Source of the DNA: Bacteroidales bacterium
GTDB taxonomy: Bacteria > Bacteroidota > Bacteroidia > Bacteroidales > ML635J-15
Reading direction: 5' to 3'
Length of the DNA stretch: 57,183 nt
Assembly (NCBI GenBank): GCA_017645925.1
Contig: JAGCNN010000078.1
Location: 1 to 57,183, forward strand
The position numbers were made by a program, and so were the translations under genes. Below, in pieces: positions 56,219 through 57,183 of the stretch. Below the pieces are notes generated by a model. The model was not told where the DNA came from and searched no databases. It saw only the letters and a list, made by a program, of their open reading frames with translations. Position 1 is the stretch's first letter. The number at the start of each line of letters is the position of its first letter.

Positions 56219-56279
56219 TATTTCAATCATTCTATTTCAATCATTTCTTTAGGATGATTGTTTTGCAATGATTGAAATT
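56219..56279. repeat. Right copy of the ~61-nt direct repeat, with internal symmetry (2 x TTTCAATCAT then 2 x ATGATTG)
   Basis: See the partner at 52505-52565. In this copy TTTCAATCATT (56221-56231) is the exact reverse complement of AATGATTGAAA (56267-56277). A second inner pair is CAATCAT / ATGATTG. Confidence 0.8.
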
Positions 56280-56380
56280 GTCAATTATTCATTACATACA
56301 TTACAGTTCCAGATTAGCTTCGCTGAGCTGAAGGTACTGAAACAAGTTCAGAATGACACCGTGGGTGTATTGTCCATTGT

Positions 56381-57183
56381 TCATTGTCCATTATCAATTA
56401 TGTTTTCTGCTACAATCTCTGCAACATCCTTTACCTGCAATGTAGTAGCATGATTAAACGCCTTCTTGCACATAGGGCAGGCTGTTGCAATGAGGTCAGG
56501 ATTCTTATCCATAAGACTTTCCACTGCAGCATCGCGAACCTTGGTCTGCTGTTCCATAGTAAGCACTGTGCTTCCAAGATTGAAACCGCAACAGAGGCTC
56601 TTTTCCTTTTCGTCCTTTGCCTTCACCAGATTCGAAACCGACTTCAGAACCTCGCGCGGTTCATCGTAGATTCCGCATCCACGACCAAGTTCACACGGGT
56701 CGTGATACACAACCTTAAGGTCGTCCTTGCGCAACTTCAGTCGTCCCGACTTTATCAGACCAGCAATGTATTCTGTATGGTGCATAACCTTGATAGGCAG
56801 GTTGTATTCCTTGGTAAACGACTGATAGCAAATCGGGCATGAAGTCACAAGCAACTTTGCCTTCGACTTTATAATCATGCTCTGGTTCTTCAATCGCAAG
56901 TCCTTGGCCTGCTTCAAGAAACCCTGCTGCAACAGCGGACGGCCACAGCAGATGGTCCTGTTCTTGTCCATATACCAGTAGTTCTGGTCAACAGCCTCGA
57001 AAATCTTTATCATCGACTCGGTAATACCGGGTGTCAAGTGCGACATACATCCGCCAAAATACAGCACACGACCTACCGAGTTGAATGCCTGAATATTATC
57101 AGCATAGCTATAGTTTCCCGACGCATCAAGAGCGCTTTCCTTTGTTCGCACCTGACGGCGGATTGTCATAAGGTCGAGCCCTA
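56381..57183 (-). CDS. CCG-domain (Fe-S)-binding oxidoreductase, HdrD/GlpC/LutA-like, possibly 5'-truncated by the window edge
   Basis: There are two CCG domains: LYFGGCM...CCGRPLLQQGF...VTSCPICYQSF and YHDPCELGRGCG...CCGFNLGS...ATACPMCKKAF. The frame stays open upstream of the ATG at 57169 to the window end, so the true start is unresolved. Confidence 0.75.
   Translation of the reverse strand, partial: GLDLMTIRRQVRTKESALDASGNYSYADNIQAFNSVGRVLYFGGCMSHLTPGITESMIKIFEAVDQNYWYMDKNRTICCGRPLLQQGFLKQAKDLRLKNQSMIIKSKAKLLVTSCPICYQSFTKEYNLPIKVMHHTEYIAGLIKSGRLKLRKDDLKVVYHDPCELGRGCGIYDEPREVLKSVSNLVKAKDEKEKSLCCGFNLGSTVLTMEQQTKVRDAAVESLMDKNPDLIATACPMCKKAFNHATTLQVKDVAEIVAENIIDNGQ

Noticed and set aside
1-57183. 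Mobile genetic element, prophage or defence island
   Set aside because: I could recognise no integrase, transposase, relaxase, phage structural, restriction-modification, Cas or other known defence gene on either strand. The two tRNA genes are not flanked by direct repeats of their 3' ends. The only mobility hint is the hicBA-containing segment reported as a finding.

Overview
The window looks like a Bacteroidota (Bacteroidales-like) chromosomal segment. Supporting signs are four proteins with type IX secretion (T9SS) C-terminal sorting domains, an ExbB with an N-terminal signal peptide, candidate TAnnTTTG -7 boxes, and little reliance on Shine-Dalgarno spacing. I call 29 protein-coding genes (2 cut by the window edges) and 2 tRNAs (Ser-GGA, Lys-CTT). 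I found no rRNA, CRISPR array, transposase or integrase.

Housekeeping blocks:
- DEAD-box helicase and serA-like dehydrogenase
- exbB / membrane protein / exbD / exbD
- hypothetical / dprA / tatD
- radical SAM / glycosyltransferase
- His-rich small protein / TonB-dependent receptor
- acyltransferase / acyl-CoA ligase

The striking content is a surface-protein region. Two adjacent same-strand giant genes (4267 aa with a type-B T9SS CTD, about 4200 aa with a type-A CTD) fill about 45 percent of the window. A 1530-aa type-B cargo and an 891-aa type-A cargo are also present. Around them are several unexplained structures:
- an 82-nt unit spanning the stop codon and hairpin of giant gene 2, repeated three times in tandem
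- a 760-nt ORF-free region with a 122-nt imperfect palindrome, lying between giant gene 2 and a sigma-54-type response regulator that has no DNA-binding domain
- an hdrB/hdrA-like redox gene pair, apparently separated from a third CCG-domain gene by a 3.7-kb segment (T9SS cargo plus hicBA) bracketed by 61-nt direct repeats
- both type-B cargo genes lack the usual downstream PorP/SprF-type partner and are instead preceded by tightly coupled small secreted proteins

All domain names come from motif recognition by eye. No HMM or BLAST search was possible, so family names are hypotheses unless a diagnostic motif is quoted.
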